From NCBI RefSeq assembly GCF_009914755.1, contig NC_060929.1: DNA of 64,000 nt; one strand, written 5' to 3'. Below, piece by piece: positions 48,176-64,000 of this stretch. Every line of letters starts with the position of its first letter. Within the stretch, counting starts at the first letter, position 1. The notes below the pieces were generated by a model. That model saw only the letters and a program-made list of their open reading frames with translations, was not told where the DNA came from and did no database searches. Position numbers and translations under genes: made by a program. The DNA is from the human T2T-CHM13v2.0 reference genome, Homo sapiens.

Positions 48176-48687
48176 GTCTGAGAGCTGTTGGGGAGGAGAG
48201 AACGGGGAGGGAAAGGACACACCTGGAAGGCGCACACCAAGAAAAGATGTCTGGAGCCGAGGCACCATCCCCATGGGGCCCAAGGGCGTGGACCCTCCTA
48301 GAGCTCACTGTCCACCATGGGGGACACACACACGGAGCCCGCCCTCCCGCCCTGGACCCAAAGCCCTGGCCCCTCCAGCTCCCTTCATCAGAGAAGGCAG
48401 TGCCTTGGGCTAACCAACTCTGAGGTCAGGAGTGAGGGGACAGAGGTAACTGTCTCACATCCCCACTGCGATGTGAGCTGTTCAGCCGCCCCCTCCTGCC
48501 AAGGGCTCAGTTCCCCAGTCTGTAAAGCCAAGGGGTGCTCCAGTCCCTTTTACTTTCAAAGGTTCCCACAGTTTTAACATGATAGGATTCGGGTTTTAAT
48601 TTCTCCTCCTAACCTTCTTCATGGAGCCTATGCTTTCAGCCTCACACCCGCTGCCTCCTCAGGGACCCACGCACACCGGGACGGTCA

Positions 48688-48987
<300 letters not shown>

Positions 48988-50199
48988 CTAATTGTTTCCT
49001 AATTCCCCCTTCCTTGGCTTGAGTGTCAGCTCAATCTCCTGCCTCAGCCTCACCTGTTGCTCTGTTTCTGACTACTTTTCTCTGCCTGGCCCTTCTCCCC
49101 ACCGGGATGCTGCTCCCTTCTGTCAGCTGCCTACTTTCCCATCCCACACCTGAGTCTTGGAGGAGTGACCTCCTCCTCGCCCCTGTGGGCCCATCCAATC
49201 ACTACACGGTCACCAGAGCCCCCTTGCTCAGGGAGGATCACAAGCCGGATGAGGGAAGGTGTTCTGTCGGAGGGTCCAGGGACTGGGGCCAAGGGCTCGT
49301 ATTCCCAGAGGACCGGATTCTTTTGTCCTGTTAAATCCCCTCCTGGGAGCAGGCAGGGGGAGGAGGAGAAAATGCATTCCTCCCGAGACCCCCTCCTCAC
49401 AACCCCACTGTGGGGAGAGGAACGAAGAGCAGGGGAAAGGGACCCAGGAGTGGAGCCTGCCTGGCGTCTCAGCATGGGGGTGACACTCAAGGATCTGCTT
49501 CCAGGAAACTAAAAAAGGAGAAGTCACAAGTGCATGCTGGCCCCTCTCAGATACCCTGATAGTTCAGAACACACCAGCCAGTGCTCAGGCCAACCTGAAC
49601 CCACTCCGGAGAATGGGCCTCCAGGACACCTTAGCTCTCAAGTACTTTCTGATTTCCTCCCTCAAACACCACTTCCTCATTCACCCAGAACCCCCAGGAC
49701 ACCATGACCTTCCAAGGTCACCCAGACTCTCCGAAAACCCTGACCTGAACATCTGCATTCCAGCTGCATCCTGACCCCCAAACCCACTCCAGACTCCAGG
49801 ACTTGGAAAGAGACTGAGATTCCCGTGACATACTACATTCTGATTCTTCAAGAAAATCCTGACACCGGGAATCTCTGAGCAGTCAGGACAGCCTGGTCCC
49901 ACAGTACTCTGCCCCTTGAGGTTACTTAGACCTGGGAAGTACATTCTGACATCCCCAGGACACTCTGACAGTTTAAGGATGATGCAACAGCCCAGGACCT
50001 TAGGATCCCCTGGGACACGCTGACACCCAGAACACTTCACCTCTGCTTCTCAGGATACACTGACCCAGTGAGAACACATGGACCCCCTGGAACACACTGT
50101 ACCCACAGGACAGTCTGATTCCCAGGGTCATGCCGTCATACAGGTCCTTTAAAAACACGCTGGTGATTCAAGACAGGAAATCAGAATCCTTTAGGATTT

Positions 50200-50752
50200 C
50201 GATGCTTACCGTGTGGTCCATGGATCAGCAGCAGCAGCAGCACCAGCAATGGGAGCATGTTGGAAATGCAGATCCCTGGGCCCCACCTCCATTCTACTGA
50301 GTCACAATCTGCCTTGTATCAAGATCTCCAGGAGAACCGAGTGCACGTGGGTCTTAGTCAGCTGGGGCTGCCATGACAAAATAGCATAGACTGTGTGGTT
50401 TAAACAATAGACTTCTATTGCTCACAGTTCTGGAGGCTGGGAAGTCTAAGATCAAGGGGTCCGCCTATTTGGCTCCCCTGTGAGGGCTCTCTTCCTGGCT
50501 TGCAGGTGGCTGCCTTCTCTCGGTGCCTTCATATGGTGGAGAAAGAACCAGCTCTGGTTTCTTTTCCTCTGCTTGTAAGGACACTAATCCCATCATGGGG
50601 CCTCACCCTCATGAGCTCATCTAAACCTAATCACCTCCCCAAATCCCCACCTTCAAATACCATCACGTTGGGTGTTAGGACTTCAACGTAGAAATTTTGG
50701 AGGGACACAAACGTTTAGTCCATAGCAACGTAAAATTGGGAAACACTGCTCT
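50200..50752. mobile_element. MER5A-like DNA transposon with an MLT1 MaLR LTR (50351-50726) nested inside
   Basis: gtgtggtcc...ggaaatgcaga...gggccccacc, then gctcacagttctggaggctgggaagtctaagatcaagg...ccatagca, then gggaaacactgctcta. Confidence 0.78.
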
Positions 50753-51570
50753 AATTTTAACCCTTCTCCCCTACCCTAGGACACACTTTGACCTCCTGGA
50801 GCACCCTGAACCCCATGGCAGTCCTAACCTAGCAAGACCCAGTGACATGCAGTCAGCTTGGACTCACAAGAGAACACTGAATTACAATGCATCCTGCTGC
50901 CTGGGGTACCCATTCTGGCCCTGTCAGGTCCTTGAATGCTGAGGGCACTGAGGATGCATTCACTCTCCAGGACACACAGACCCTCCAAGAGGCTCTGACC
51001 TCTGTACCTTACACTCAGCACAACATCTTGGGCTCACAATCACTCTGTGACCCTCTAAGTCACCCAGACCATGAGGACATGGTGAGATTTGGGAAATTCT
51101 AACCTTTTAAGGAATTCCTGACCTTACAGAATCTAGACCGTCAAGGGCATCTTGTCTTCCTGCCTGTTCAGAGCCCCCAATTTGCTTGAATCTTGCAAAG
51201 TGCTGTTGACACTGAAAAACCACTCAACATGCCAACCCCAACCCAGGAAATACCCTGACCACACTAGCCTGATCCATAGGATATTTTGACGAAGAAAAGA
51301 CATATCCAGGTCTCCCAAAGCACTCTGACCATCCAACATGCCTTTGACACAGGGGATGTCTTAATGCCAGGGCTCTCCAACCTTCCAGTGTACTCTGGTT
51401 GTCTCAGCCCTAGAGTTGTCAGTAGGCACCCTAGTCACTGTCACTCTCCCACTCTCCCAATACACAGACAGCCCAGCACAGCTTCAACACACTAGGACCC
51501 CCTGAATCCAAAAGGTGATTATTCTAACTCTTGAGATTCTGTCCTCTCAAGGCAACTATTCCCTGCAAGA

Positions 51571-52178
51571 CCCTCTGTAGAATACACATTCCCAGAACTA
51601 CCGGAACATCTTCACCTCTACCATACTCTCACCCCTCTGTAGAATACACATCCCAGAACTGCCAGGACACCTTCACTCTGCCATACTCTCACCCCTCTGT
51701 AGAATACACATTCCCAGAACTGCCAGGACATCTTCACTTCTGCCATACTCTCACCCCTCTGTAGAATACACATCCCAGAACTGCCAGGACACCTTCATTC
51801 TGCCATACTCTCACCCCTCTGTAGAATACACATCCCAGAACTGCCAGGACACCTCCACTCTGCCATACTCTCACCCCTCTGTAGAATACACATCCCAGAA
51901 CTGCCAGGACACCTTCACTTCTGCCATACTCTCACCCCTCTGTAGAATACACATCCCAGAACTGCCAGGACACCTTCACTCTGCCATACTCTCACCCGTC
52001 TGTAGAATACACATCCCAGAACTGCCAGGACACCTTCACTCTGCCATACTCTCACCCATCTGTAGAATACACATCCCAGAACTGCCAGGACACCTTCACT
52101 CTGCCATACTCTCACCCGTCTGTAGAATACACATCCCAGAACTGCCAGGACACCTTCACTCTGCCATACTCTCACCCC
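51571..52178. repeat. 60-bp minisatellite, ~10 copies
   Basis: Unit ccctctgtagaatacacatcccagaactgccaggacaccttcactctgccatactctcac. Confidence 0.97.
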
Positions 52179-52749
52179 TGCCTAGCACACTGTGCTCATC
52201 CAGGACCCTCTGATTTCCTGAAAATGCTTTGATTGCACAAGAATACCTTGGCACTCTACTCCATGACAGATCCATTCAAGTCTACCCAAACCTTCAAGGA
52301 CCACCTGAGCTCCAGAAAACCTTGATCTCCCGCATTCAAATACCAAAAGTATATGCTGACCTACCTGAAAACCTTCACAGCTCTGGACTCCCAGAACATC
52401 CAGGAGCCTCTGAATCACGCAGCCAGACCAACCTCCAAAACATCCTAACTCCATGCAAGTGGTGTGATCTTCCAGGACAGTCTGACCTCGAAGCTGGTGA
52501 TGTTGTAAGGATACTTCAAGTGTTCTGACATGATGAAAATGCCTGTAGGCCCAGAACACCTGCCTGCCCTGACGCCCTGTCTCTCCAATACCCCTGCCTT
52601 CCCAATACCCCTGCCTTCCCAAGATGCTCCAAGTCTCCCAGACTCTCTGACTTTCACCATTAAGATCTCATCTGATCCTATGTGATCTCTTTGGATCCTC
52701 TTAACACCCTGTTCCCCAGGGTCCTCTGACCTTTTAAAATCCTACAAGA

Positions 52750-53504
52750 TGCCGGGCACGGTGGCTCACGCCTGTAATCCCAGCACTTTGGGAGGCTGAG
52801 GCAGGCAGATAGCTTGAGATCAGGAGTTCAAGACTAGCCTGGCCAACATGGTGAAACCCTGTCTCTACTAAAAATACAAAAACATTAGCCAGGCACAGTG
52901 GCACGTGCCTGTAGTCCCAACTATTCAGGAGGCTGAGGCTGGAGAATCGCTTGAACCTGGGAGGCGGAGATTGCAGTGAGCCGAGATCACGCCACTCACT
53001 GCACTCCAGCCTGGGCAACAGAGCGAGACTCTGTCAAAAAAAAAAATCCTACAATACACTTGGAACCTACATGGGCATGCTTATCATCCAGAAACAAGGC
53101 AAACCCACAGGACACTACTCTGACCATACAAGGATGCCCTGAGTCTCCAGTGGATCAGATCTCTATGAGGACACACTGATTCCCCTGAACACCATAAATC
53201 CTAGCTTACTTTGAGCATATGAACACCCTACCTTCTAGGTTATTTGACCCTAGAGGATTACGTGTGTGTGTGTGTGTATACGCACATACATATATGTATA
53301 CACCTTTTTTGAGACAGGGCCTTGCCCTGTCACCCAGGCTGGAGTGCAGTGGTGTCATCATAACACACTGCAGCCTCAAACTCCTGGACTCAAGTGATTC
53401 TTTCACCTCAGCCTCCTGAATGGCTGGGACTACAGGTGCGCACCACCATATCCAGCTAATTTTTGTATGTTTTTGTACAGACACAGTCTCACTACAATGC
53501 CCAG
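52750..53504. mobile_element. AluS (+, 52750-53047) and partial AluJ (-, 53304-53504)
   Basis: Recognisable Alu arms. Confidence 0.9.
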
Positions 53505-53729
53505 AGGAATATCTTACTGTACCAAGTGACTCTGATTCCTAGAGCATTTTAGCCATCCAAAGTTACTTAGACCTTCCAGTGCCTCTGACACCTCAGGAAA
53601 CTCCACCCCCATCCGGACACCCTCCCTATCTAGTCCACTGTGATGCTGCAGAAAAGTTATTGAATAGTAAAGAAATTCTGTGGGAAGAGTGTCCCTTAAG
53701 GATACTCTGATCCTAGAAGAACATCCTGC

Positions 53730-53860
53730 AAGTCGGGTTGTCTGAATTCAAATTCTAGAACCAGCCCTTGCTTGCTGTGTGACCACAGCAAGCAATTTCA
53801 TCACTTTAAGCCTTACCTTCCTCATTCGCAAAATGAGCACAATACTAGAACTTTCCTTCT
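53730..53860 (+). mobile_element. MIR fragment
   Basis: tgaattcaaattc...gctgtgtgacc...agccttaccttcctcattcgcaaaatgag. Confidence 0.6.
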
Positions 53861-54144
53861 GTGTTTGAGCAGGTATGAAGAATGCCCTATGAAGGCTCTA
53901 TCAAAGAAAGGAATTCAAGTTTTTGTTTAGCTCATCTGTTCAGAAAAGACAATGTAAAGATACTAGTATATTGAACAAAAGGAAATATATAAGACATACG
54001 AGTAGAATGACGTCCTAAAAGGCTAAGGTTTACACCTTAGCAAAAAGAAGAGAATAAGAATAGGCTCATAGTAAATAATTCATCACATCAACCAATAAAA
54101 AACCATATGATTATCTAGCATTTGATAAAACTCAACACTTATTC

Positions 54145-57355
<3,211 letters not shown>

Positions 57356-59877
57356 CAAGGGACTTTGGTCTTTCTTGCTTGGGGCTGGGATGAGTGTGTC
57401 CTGTGTGAGAAGAAGGAGGCACAAGGCAGATTGGGTGGCCACAGCTGTAACCTGGAGCCACAGAGCGGGCTTCTGTTACACACTATTCTTCTTTTCTTCA
57501 CTTTAACAGAACCATCCCTTGAGGTTTAGCTGGGGGCACCTGGCTGCCCAGCTACAGACTAGATTTTCCAGACTAATTTATATCAATTTTCTTTATTCCT
57601 TTAAAAGTTGTTTATTTATTGCACTTACATACTAAGATACCATTCTCAAAGGACCACGAAAGCAGAAATGGTTAATAGATGAAGCTGTCTATAGGCATGA
57701 TAGAATAAAAAGTTTAAAAATTATTTGGGTCAGGCTTAAATAATTTTAACAGGTAAAAAAAGTGTTTGACAATATTCAACAAATAATTCTTCACCTAATT
57801 TCTTATTGAAGCAATCACCTTAATATTCATTGGCCTTGATAAATGTGAACACTGGTCATATTTATGTAAATAATGGTCATGTGGCTTTCTTGGCATATCT
57901 AAATTCATGTTAGATCTGGCTTAACCTGTGCTTATGTATGTATATGTTACAGTTATGTACATTAAATGTGTGTGTAAGAGTTGGAATTATTTGAAAGATA
58001 GCAAAATTTTAACTAGAAAAAATAAGTTAATATCTAATGATTGTTGACTCATTGATTAAAATAAGTAGTTATTATGAAAGAGAAAAAAGGTGATTTCAAA
58101 TTGATTCAGAAGAACTGGCCCAGCAACTAAGATTGTATGCTTTCCTTTTAAAAAAAAAAAAAAAAAGAACTGATACAATGTTATGTGACAATTAAGTACA
58201 GAAATTACAAAACTAGTTAAATTGATGTTGCCATTAAAGCAACATTAAATAGTTTTGGGGGAGAAGAAAGAAGCCGAGAAGATGGTATCTGTGCAGTTAA
58301 GATGGTCATGTCATTTGATACATGTAAACAGAAAGCAGCCTGAGGCCCACACCTGCACCATGCTGAAAAAGCTGACCAGCGTTATATGTTCAGTCCTAGA
58401 TGAAATGCTGCATTTATTTTTTAAACACTGGTATGCATTGTTTTAAAAATGTATAAAATAACAGTGAAAAGTTAAAGAATCGTAAGAATGTAGCTAAATG
58501 TAAAAAAATTTTGCAAAGCCATAATTTTTATGATGAAACAAATATGTTTTTTATCTTTTATGTGTAATGTTTTAATGCTTTTTTAACCCAATGAAATGTG
58601 GAAGTGTTTTGTGATTTTTATCTTACTATAGCGATTGTTTTATAAACAAAGAAAAAATTAATTCAGGGTTGCAGAGATGGTAAACTATTAAAATAGTTTG
58701 GTTATTAAATTATGCAATAATTGGGTATTAAATAATTCAAAATCGAAGAGCTGCGATTGAACAAACCTGTAGGCATAGGTAAGTGCTGAGGTGAAAGTGC
58801 CAACCAAAGCCGTTAGATTGAACATTTATGCCTGGAGGGAATCAGTAGAGGAACTGGCTGTGGACCTTCACCTCTGCATCCCCTTTGCTTTCTGCTGTAG
58901 CTGGGTATCACAAAAACAACAACAACAAAAGCCACTTATTTCTTAAAGACAGAGAAAGCATAGTTCCTTCCATTTAGGCATTCCTAAATTGCCTCCCCGG
59001 TGGCCCCTGCGCTCTTGGAGGAGGTCAAGGCAGAGCAGACCCTCAGGTGGGTGAGCGATGCACTTGACCCTGAGGCCATCAGGTACCAGGCCCACTAGCC
59101 CCCGCAGGCGCGGAGCTGCGGCTGCAGCCACCAGCCTAGACGTGGCGCGCCCGCAGCAAGTGGCTGGACACCGTAGACCAGGCCCGCGTCCCCAGCAGCG
59201 CGGATCCCGGGGCCAGCCGCCCAGGCAGCAAAGTCAGGCGGTCGGCTTCGCCAGCAGCCGATGAGTCTCATCCTGTGGATTGCCCAGCGCCAGGGATCAG
59301 GATCCGGAGAGGTGTCCAGGAGGAGCAGACCCTCAGACCAGGTAGGCTGTGCACTCGGTGACCCTGACGCCATCCAAGGGAAGCTCCGCCATCCCGCGCC
59401 AGTGCCTGAGCTGCAACTGCAAACTGCGCGTCCTGGCACGAGCAGCGGTGGGGGCGGGTGGGGGAAGGAGCGAGTGACTCTCCAGGCGTCTTCCGCTACC
59501 TGACACCAGCCAGGCAGCCCCCAGGGCCAGAGCGTCAGCGCCGAAGCCAGGCTCATCCGGGAAGCCACTCCGGTGGCCGCGGGGTGCCCATGCCAGCACC
59601 AGATCTCTCTTCGGAAGGAGGAGCGGGGCGGGCTACACGGCCAGGCGGGCCCTCCCCTTAAGGCGGGGTGGGCCGCGCGCCTGCGATTTTCCGTCCGTGG
59701 TCCTGGGGCAGCCCGGGCCAGCCCAGGAGAACCCGCGAGCCCAGCGGCGCCTGCACCTGCGGCCTCCGGGAGCCGGGCGGCCCCCGCGGTGCAGGCGCGC
59801 GCCTAACGGCTTTGCGAGGCTCACTAGGTCCGAGAGGTCGGAGGCCGCCAGTGTCGCTGCTGAAGGGTGGACCAGGC

Positions 59878-60550
59878 GGGATCGCGGATTCTGGGCTAGA
59901 TCGCAGACTTGGTATCGCGGATTGGGATTTGGATCGGGGATTTTGAGTTGGATCACGGATTGGGGGTTGGATCACGGATTGGGGGTTGGATCGCGGATTG
60001 GGGTTTGGATCGCGGATTGGGGGTTGGATCACGGATTGGGGGTTGGATCGCGGATTGGGGGTTGGATCACGGATTGGGATTTGGATCGGGGATTTTGAGT
60101 TGGATCACGGATTGGGGGTTGGATCGCGGATTGGGGGTTGGATCACGGATTGGGGGTTGGATCGCGGATTGGGATTTGGATCGCGGATTGGGGGTTGGAT
60201 CCCGGATTGGGATTTGGATCGCGGATTGGGGGTTGGATCGCGGATTGGGGTTTGGATCGCGGATTGGGGGTTGGATCGCGGATTGGGGGTTGGATCGCGG
60301 ATTGGGGGTTGGATCGCGGATTGGGATTTGGATCGCGGATTGGGGGTTGGATCGCGGATTGGGATTTGGATCGCGGATTGGGGGTTGGATCGCGGATTGG
60401 GGGTTGGATCGCGGATTGGGGGTTGGATCGCGGATTGGGGGTTGGATCGCGGATTGGGGGTTGGATCGCGGATTGGGGTTTGGATCGCGGATTGGGGGTT
60501 GGATCGCGGATTGGGGTTTGGATAGGGGATTTGGAGTTGGATTGGGGATT
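59878..60550. repeat. 19-bp CpG/G-rich minisatellite, ~35 copies
   Basis: Unit ggatcgcggattgggggtt. Confidence 0.97.
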
Positions 60551-60646
60551 TGGGGCTGGGTGTGGGGCGAGGGGGAGTGAAAGGGTGACACGGAGCTGCC
60601 GCGGCTCAGGAGCCAGTGGTTGGGGGTCTGAGAAGAACTCACCACC

Positions 60647-60834
60647 TTGAAGAAGTTCTTCGGCTTTGGGAGCCGCAGGGGCCGGCGGTCCGGGGCTCCC
60701 TAGGCCACGTCTACAGGGGTTCGGGGTACCGAATCGGAAGATCCACAGGGCGCTGTCAAGGGCGAAGCCGCGGAAGTGGAGCGCTGCCTGGCGCGCAGGA
60801 GCGGAGACCTGGAAGCCGGGGACAGGCAGCACAG
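60647..60834 (+). pseudogene. Decayed ANKRD20A/ANKRD18-type coding exon 1
   Basis: Across frameshifts reads (L)KKFFGFGSRRG..GSLGHVYRGSGYRI..RKIHRA.VKGEAAEVERCLARRSGDLEAGDRQHR; ATG is replaced by TTG after CACCACC; donor reads GC. Confidence 0.82.
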
Positions 60835-61138
60835 GCAGCGGGGTGTGGGCTCAGCCCAGGGTGGGAGGGGGTCCCCAGGCCCGGCTTCCCCGCAGCCCCT
60901 GGGATGGGGCCTCGGAGGGCACCCTCAGAGGGGTGGTGCCAAACGGAGCCTCAGCTGCTCTGCATCCCCCATAATTCCCCAGCTGGAGCGCTTGGTGGAG
61001 AATGTGAGTGATTTAACTCACCAAGCTAAGCATACACAGTGTTATTTTTAACCTACACGTTTAAAACATGATGTTATATACATTATAGGAGGTGCCTAAT
61101 GAGAGAACTCATTCCTCTATCAAAAAATACCGTGAGTC

Positions 61139-61487
<349 letters not shown>

Positions 61488-61741
61488 TCACCTAAAACTG
61501 TCCGTTTTACATCCGTATCCACCTGTGTAGATCGGTTCTTTACTGAAGGTTCTTAGAAGGAAACTTGGAAGTGGGAGGTGGGTTCTGTGTTCCTGAATGG
61601 GAAGACACATTTTTCTCAAAATGTGAGCTCTTTCTGTGATTATCAATTTTACATAAGCCGAATGAAAAAATCAAGGTTTTAACATTTTTGCATGACACCT
61701 ACTGTCTTTTACTATTGTAATGATATTTGTAAAACTTTTAG

Positions 61742-62036
61742 GGCTGGGCGCGGTGGCTCAGGCCTGTAATCCCCGCACTTTGGGAGGCCGAGGTGGGCGG
61801 ATCACGAGGTCAGGAGATTGAGATTGAGACCATCCTGGCAAACACGGTGAAACCCTGTCTGTACTAAAAATACAAAAAAAAAAAAAAAAAATAGCCGGGC
61901 GTGGTGGTGGGCGCCCATAGTCCCAGCTACTCCGGAGGCTGAGGCAGGAGAATGCTGTGAACCCGGGAGGGGGAGCTTGCAGTGAGCCGCCATCCAGAAG
62001 TGCTGGGATTACAGGTGTGAGCCACCGCGCCCGGCC
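61742..62036. mobile_element. Truncated AluY fused to an inverted Alu 5' fragment
   Basis: Sense Alu stops at gtgagccgc; antisense aagtgctgggattacaggtgtgagccaccgcgcccggcc follows. Confidence 0.88.
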
Positions 62037-62651
62037 TGAAAAGTGCATCTTCATTTTACAGGGAATTCTTTCAAATCAAATAATCAAAAACTGTAAAAGG
62101 GGGCAAAGTACTTTTTTGCAGATCTACAAGTTTCTTATGTAAATAGGAAAAAAAGCCTTTGCTTTTCTGGTATAAGCATTTAAATTAAAAGAGGAATGAA
62201 ACTGTTTTCTATCCACAATGTGTGAGGATGTTTTTTATACTGCTGCCTGAAGTTTAAGTTGCTGATTACTTTTTAAATAGATAATTTGGTGGTAAGTACT
62301 ATATTTTAAAAATGCGTATGCCCGTTACCCTTCAATTCCATTATACTAAAATACCCTTGGGAAATAGAGATACATGCACTTTGTTTTTCACAGCACTTAT
62401 TTTAAAAAGAACCCATAGAATGGATCTTATAAGTAAATTTCAGTTGCATCCATAGGATGCAATAATATGTGACCATCAAAGGTGACAATAGATATAGAAG
62501 TACGTTGATGTGCAAAGATGTATTTTGTTTTAGCCAGCGAGGAAAAAAGAATCAGTTTGATTATACATTTACCAAACATTAAGAATTTAATATGGTAACT
62601 TTTATTTCAGTATTAAAATAGCAATTTTATTTATTACTTTTTTATATATAG

Positions 62652-62707
62652 AATTCGACACCAAATTTTGGAACTTAAAAAGAAGATTCTTAAAACTTAC
62701 AATCCAG
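62652..62707 (+). pseudogene. 56-nt exon homologous to the post-ankyrin exon of ANKRD20A/18 (probable FAM153CP 5' exon)
   Basis: tttttatatatag|A ATT CGA...CCA G|gtaaga; reads IRHQILELKKKILKTYNP. Confidence 0.68.
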
Positions 62708-63131
62708 GTAAGACTTCTGATAGTGAATTTCTCATTTCTCGTGGTGGTCCTACTCTTGGTTTAAAAAAATTAAGATGTAAGATTAAGGTAGTTTTGAAGG
62801 AAAAGAAAAGTTTAAAAAGATGTGTAAATTGCATGTATATATACATATATACATACATGTAAATTAGTTTCTTATATTTAACTTCTTTAGTTTGGAATTA
62901 AGAGTTATTTAAGAAGGTAGTTGTAGCTGATTTATAATCTCAAACAGTATTATCTGAAAAAAAATCATTTACTTAATTATGATCCCGAAAATCCTATATA
63001 ATATTTATGTTTTCTCTATAGTCACATTGTAACAAATTGGACTTGTTATACATATGGATCTTCTAGTTCATTTTTGTAATAAGTTGTTTATTTTTATAAT
63101 AAATTGTTTATATTTAGTAAATACATAATTA

Positions 63132-63559
63132 CAGTTGACCCATGAATAATTTGGGGGTTAGGGGCTCTGATTCCAGTGCAGCTGAAAATCTAAGTATAAC
63201 TTTTGATTTTCCCAATTTAGCTACTAATAGCCCACTATTGACTGGAAGCCTTCCTGATAACATAAACGGTCGATTAACACCTATTTTATTTGTGCTGCAT
63301 TATTATATACTGTGTTCTTACAATAAAGTAAGCTAGACAAGTGAAGCTGTTAGAAAGAAAATCTGCAGGAAAAATATATTGACTTTTCATAAAGCGTAAA
63401 TGGATCCTCACAAAGGTCTTCATCTTTATCATCTTCAGGTTGTTCAGGCTGAGAAGGAAGAGAGGTTGGTCTTGCTGTCTCTGGGTTGCAGAGGCAGAAG
63501 AAAATCTGCATATAAATGAACTCCTGCAGCTCAAACCCTTGCTGTTCAAGGGTGAACTG
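63132..63559. mobile_element. Tigger2a (MER28)-type DNA transposon
   Basis: Terminal inverted repeats cagttgacccatgaa...ttcaagggtgaactg with TA duplications; ~430 bp. Confidence 0.85.
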
Positions 63560-64000
63560 TATTACCTGTTAATTTGTGTCACTAAGGAAGTATCTTTAGA
63601 ACCGGGAACTCAACAATCCCTTTCTCGTAGAATAAATAAATGGCAGTAAGAACTGTAAAAGTGAACCAGTGTGCACCCATACGAATAGGAGATTATTTTT
63701 TGAAGATACCTACTGAGTGCAGAAAACAGAAAAGCAATTCCTTTGTGAGAAGCACAAGTTATGTTACATATTCTTACATAAGCAAAATGGTTTTATCTGT
63801 CATAGTTTACACACACACGTGCACATACACACATGTGCGTTCGGGTGCGCACACACACACACACACACAAAGTTAAAAGTCCTGCTGATTGTTAATGACC
63901 AAATCCACTGCTTGCAGGGAGTAGTGGATAACACAGCCTACAGCTTGCATGCAATTCTTTTGGCTTTTTGACTTGTTCTGTGATGAACTGCCTTGAATGG

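Larger units (their letters stand above)
59000..61010. promoter_or_regulatory. FAM153CP: CpG island, probable 5' region of FAM153CP
   Basis: Very high CpG density. The gene name is inferred from the known gene order (FAM153C lies ~10 kb beyond the PROP1 5' end), not from coding sequence. Confidence 0.55.

Noticed and set aside
59000-59620. SNX18 pseudogene, often found near ANKRD18/20A loci
   Set aside because: No SNX18-like peptide is visible in the translations.
59909-60650. Gly/Trp-rich ORFs
   Set aside because: Translations of the 19-bp VNTR.

Overview
Human genomic DNA, identifiable as chr5q35.3 from an intact three-exon PROP1 gene (minus strand; CDS 48801-48693, 47206-46974, 45914-45576; 226 aa). 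The window also holds a near full-length SUDS3 processed pseudogene (SUDS3P1, ~24.66-27.31 kb) and two CpG islands (~37-39 kb and ~59-61 kb). The second island contains a decayed ANKRD20A/ANKRD18-type exon 1 at the position where FAM153CP is expected to begin. There are six minisatellites (51, 43, compound GT+~36, 15, 60 and 19 bp units), about 40 Alus, several L1s (one twin-primed inversion), and LTR and DNA-transposon relics. Most notable: (1) A 4.1-kb 43-bp VNTR is bracketed on the minus strand by a strong splice acceptor (16316) and a perfect donor (12119) and is stop-free in all three frames. A second VNTR (GT/E-box array) lies between an NF-Y/Sp1/YY1-type promoter and another perfect minus-strand donor (32286). 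Together these suggest a spliced transcript built from VNTR exons. (2) The FAM153-type 5' end appears to be an ANKRD20A/18 gene that lost its start codon, donor and ankyrin exons. (3) SUDS3P1 keeps a 175-codon ORF with substitutions clustered in its coiled-coil half. Gene and repeat-family names come from recognition, not database searches. Repeat boundaries are approximate.
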